Source of the DNA: Nemertoderma westbladi
Taxonomy: Eukaryota; Animalia; Xenacoelomorpha
Direction of reading: 5' to 3'
Assembly (NCBI GenBank): GCA_032718475.1
Contig: JAUCBJ010002848.1
Location: forward strand, 1 to 48,938
Length of the DNA: 48,938 bases
In this document: piece after piece, positions 46,001 through 48,938 of the stretch
Position numbering within the stretch: the stretch's first letter is position 1
Layout: the number at the start of each line of letters is the position of its first letter
Position numbers and translations under genes: made by a program
Notes under the pieces: model-generated
What the model saw: only the letters and a program-made list of their open reading frames with translations
The model's database searches: none
Told to the model about the DNA's origin: nothing

Positions 46001-47387
46001 CAATTAAGGGAAAGGAGCAAGTTACAGTGGAACTTTATTCTAACCAAAACGATAAATGAAAATCAGTAGAACACGTTACACAGTTTTATTTTTTGGTAAT
46101 CAAATCTTCTTGGTGGTCAATAGCTGCTATTTTGAAAAGGTCAACTGGAAATCTATGAGTATTCTCGTGGTCACCACTCCTAACTACATTTGCGATTACT
46201 CGGGCTATCAACACAACACGCTAGACGAACCTTTAGGTAAATATATTATTGTGATTATGTTACTGAACGAATATTATACCACTGTGAACACTCAATCTGT
46301 ATTTTATTACCTCGAATCATCAATAACTACTTATGAAACCCTCGACCGGGACTCTTAACTTCGGCCATACAACTGAATTTGGGTTAGGATAGACACCAAT
46401 AATGGTAGAAGCAGACCCAACGCTGATTTAAGGTTGATATGATAGACATATGGTGTATAGACATTGCTTACCGGTACTTGTTTTGCATTAGGTCAATTGT
46501 TAACTGGTCAACTCGGTTTAAACTCATTCAGACAAGACATTCACTATCGTAGGCAATACCTATATAATAGCAGTATGAATGTCGGTAAAGTGAAACATTT
46601 TAGCTGTGTGACGATATTTCGACATGCATATTTGCCTCATCGATAGTTGAAATTAGTCAATAGGCCTACTGCCTACTGCCATACAGTCAGGATATGTTTG
46701 TAGGCCTACTGCACAGTTACAGTGGGTCATAGATGCGCTTGACAAACATGAACCTTTGTTAGGTGGCCTAGTGATAAATTGACTGATTGATGCATATGGG
46801 TCAGTGAAAAGACTTTTTGAAATTATCATTATGTGGATAGGGCTGAGTGGTTCAGTAAGCCTACTACTTGCATACCGGTCAGGCAATCTGCGTGTTTATA
46901 ATTGTGAATTGATTCATTTAATCAATGTTCATCACCATGAATTTCATTAATTGTGGTGTCAAAAGACGCACAAGACTCTCCGCTTTTATTTGATATAAGC
47001 CATACCGGTATATGAAATGATTGGGATTAAATGTGTATTTTAATTGGTCTAAAATCATCCTCCATAGAAACCAATATAAGAAATTATCTGAGCACTGCGT
47101 AGTGACGTCAAATATGTGGCAGCCATTCACAGTCGATTTTCAAAATTGGCTTCCCGGGCTTATTTAAACCCGCCATTTCGACCGTTTCCACGTGTTTTTT
47201 ATTTTACAAAAAACACACCCCGCCACTCGATTCAGGGCACCTTGTTACCCCTTATTCGATTGTTTCTAGCGTTTGTTCGCGTTTGTTAGCGCACCAACCC
47301 TATTGTCTGTCCAGGATTTGGAAGTCCATTAGAATAAAACGGAACTTCAAAGTTCGATTATTTTAGGGCAGCAGGAGTACCAGTAGG

Positions 47388-47812
47388 CCTACTCTTATAT
47401 GGGAGTCCATGCTGGGCTCTAACCGCAGAGGATACAAAATCTCTGGATGGCACTTTCACAAGAATGCTGCGCCGGGTTCATCGTGTCAAGTACAATGAAC
47501 ACATCTCCAATCAAACTCTATACAACCTTGGAGATGTTGCATTAATCTCACGTAGCTTGACAATTGAACAGAACCGCCTCCACTTTGCAGCACATTGCTT
47601 TCCCCGTGAGCGCAGCCATTGCATAATATTGAGTTTTGGCGGCCTCATGGAGTGAATAAGCATGGTGGATAGCGCATGCATCTGATGCATCTTAAAGGAC
47701 ACTGAAGCTGATATAGCAAATGTCATGGGTGATAAGGAATTGTGGTGGCGCAATTTTGTAGACAAGCCGGTACAGCATTCTTTATGTAATATATATAATG
47801 CAGCTGCAATGC
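47388..47812 (+). pseudogene. 3' fragment of an RTE-clade retrotransposon, copy 2
   Basis: LLLYGSPCWALT..DTKSLDGTFTRMLRRV; colinear with 18691-19104. Confidence 0.85.
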
Positions 47813-48250
47813 AAAATACCAATAGTAGTAGTAACAATATACACATCATACGGCATCCATCCCACACTAGACAAGGCACAGAGCAAAGTGGTGATAATTA
47901 ATATGTTCACACTGCATTTGTACTGTTAAGTGTCAACTCGAAAGAATTAGAAGCTAAATCTAAGCTGATGTCGCCTAATAATTTCACCACCTAGAGGCAG
48001 ACTGGGTTACTGCAGTCGGATTAAGACCTCACAAAAATTCTGTCTGAGGTCTAGTATATGTGCCAGGTATCAATCAAAATCGAGTTATATTGGTGTTGTA
48101 AGGGTCTCAATCAGGAAGAAAGGATTATAAACAATAATATGAAATGGCTGAAGGTTTTATTTCAGACATTTCTAAAATGTTTAAATTTCAGACCACTAGC
48201 GGTAGACTGGAGAACTTCCGAGGGATTTCCGACCCAACGTCCGTCTTCTT

Positions 48251-48716
48251 CCATTGGTGTCTATCATATCAACCTTAATTCAGCGGATTGTTGGGTCTGC
48301 TTCTACCATTGGTGTCTATCATATCAACCCTAAACCAGCGGATTGTTGGGTCTGCTTCTACCATTGGTGTCTATCCTATCAACCCTAAACCACCGGATTG
48401 TTGGGTCTGCTTCTACCATTGGTGTCTATCATATCAACCCTAAATCAGCGGATTGTTGGGTCTGCTTCTACCTTTGGTGTCTATCCTATCAACCCTAAAC
48501 CAGCGGATTGTTGGGTCTGCTTCTACCTTTGGTGTCTATCCTATCAACCCTAAATCAGCGGATTGTTGGGTCTGCTTCTACCATTGGTGTCTATCATATC
48601 AACCCTAAATCAGCGGATTGTTGGGTCTGCTTCTACCATTGGTGTCTATCCTATCAACCCTAAACCAGCGGATTGTTGGGTCTGCTTCTACCATTGGTGT
48701 CTATCCTATCAACCCA
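48251..48716. repeat. 55-bp tandem repeat (~8.5 copies)
   Basis: CC(A/T)TTGGTGTCTATC recurs at 48361, 48416 and 48471. Confidence 0.93.
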
Positions 48717-48938
48717 AATTCAGTTGTATGGCCGAAGTTAAGAGTCCCGTTAGAGGGTTTCTTAAGTAGTTATTGATGATTCGAGGTACTAAAATACAGA
48801 TTGAGAGTTCACAGTGGTATAATATTCGTTCAGTAATATAATCACAATAATAAGTTTTCCAAAAGGTTCATCTAGTGTGTTGATAACCCGAGTAATCGCA
48901 AATGTACAGTAGTTAGGAGTGGTGACCACGAGACTAAT

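Larger units (their letters stand above)
46160..48938. mobile_element. Pair of ~280-bp inverted repeats (46160-46448 vs ~48660-48938): foldback element or two opposed copies
   Basis: TCTCGTGGTCACCACTCCTAACTAC...GGGACTCTTAACTTCGGCCATACAACTGAATTTGGGTT is the reverse complement of the window end. Confidence 0.8.

Overview
This is not prokaryotic DNA. It is an AT-rich, repeat-dense window of a metazoan (probably invertebrate) nuclear genome with three host genes, all on the minus strand. (1) A spliced globin: exon 1 at 12934-13193 and exon 2 at 6851-7061, with exon 3 not found and probably beyond the left edge. It has an MGCLCGKC acylation-type N-terminus, the canonical B12.2 and G7.0 introns, and an apparently rewired haem pocket (His B10, Thr CD1, Leu E7, Phe E11, proximal His F8 kept). 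This is the most unusual object in the window. (2) A single-ORF, intronless anaphase-promoting complex subunit 1 (APC1, 1683 aa). (3) An intronless multi-BH Bcl-2 family gene, BCL2L13/Bcl-rambo-like, with a long acidic/Ser-rich insert before BH3. The rest is tandem arrays (39, 31, 22, 21, 86 and 55 bp units), non-autonomous TIR and palindromic elements, tRNA-derived SINEs and decayed retroelements (Penelope-like, RTE, CR1-like, a 5'-truncated LINE, a Gypsy integrase), often nested inside one another. Most short ORFs in the supplied track are repeat or antisense artefacts. All family assignments come from motif recognition by eye; no database search was run.
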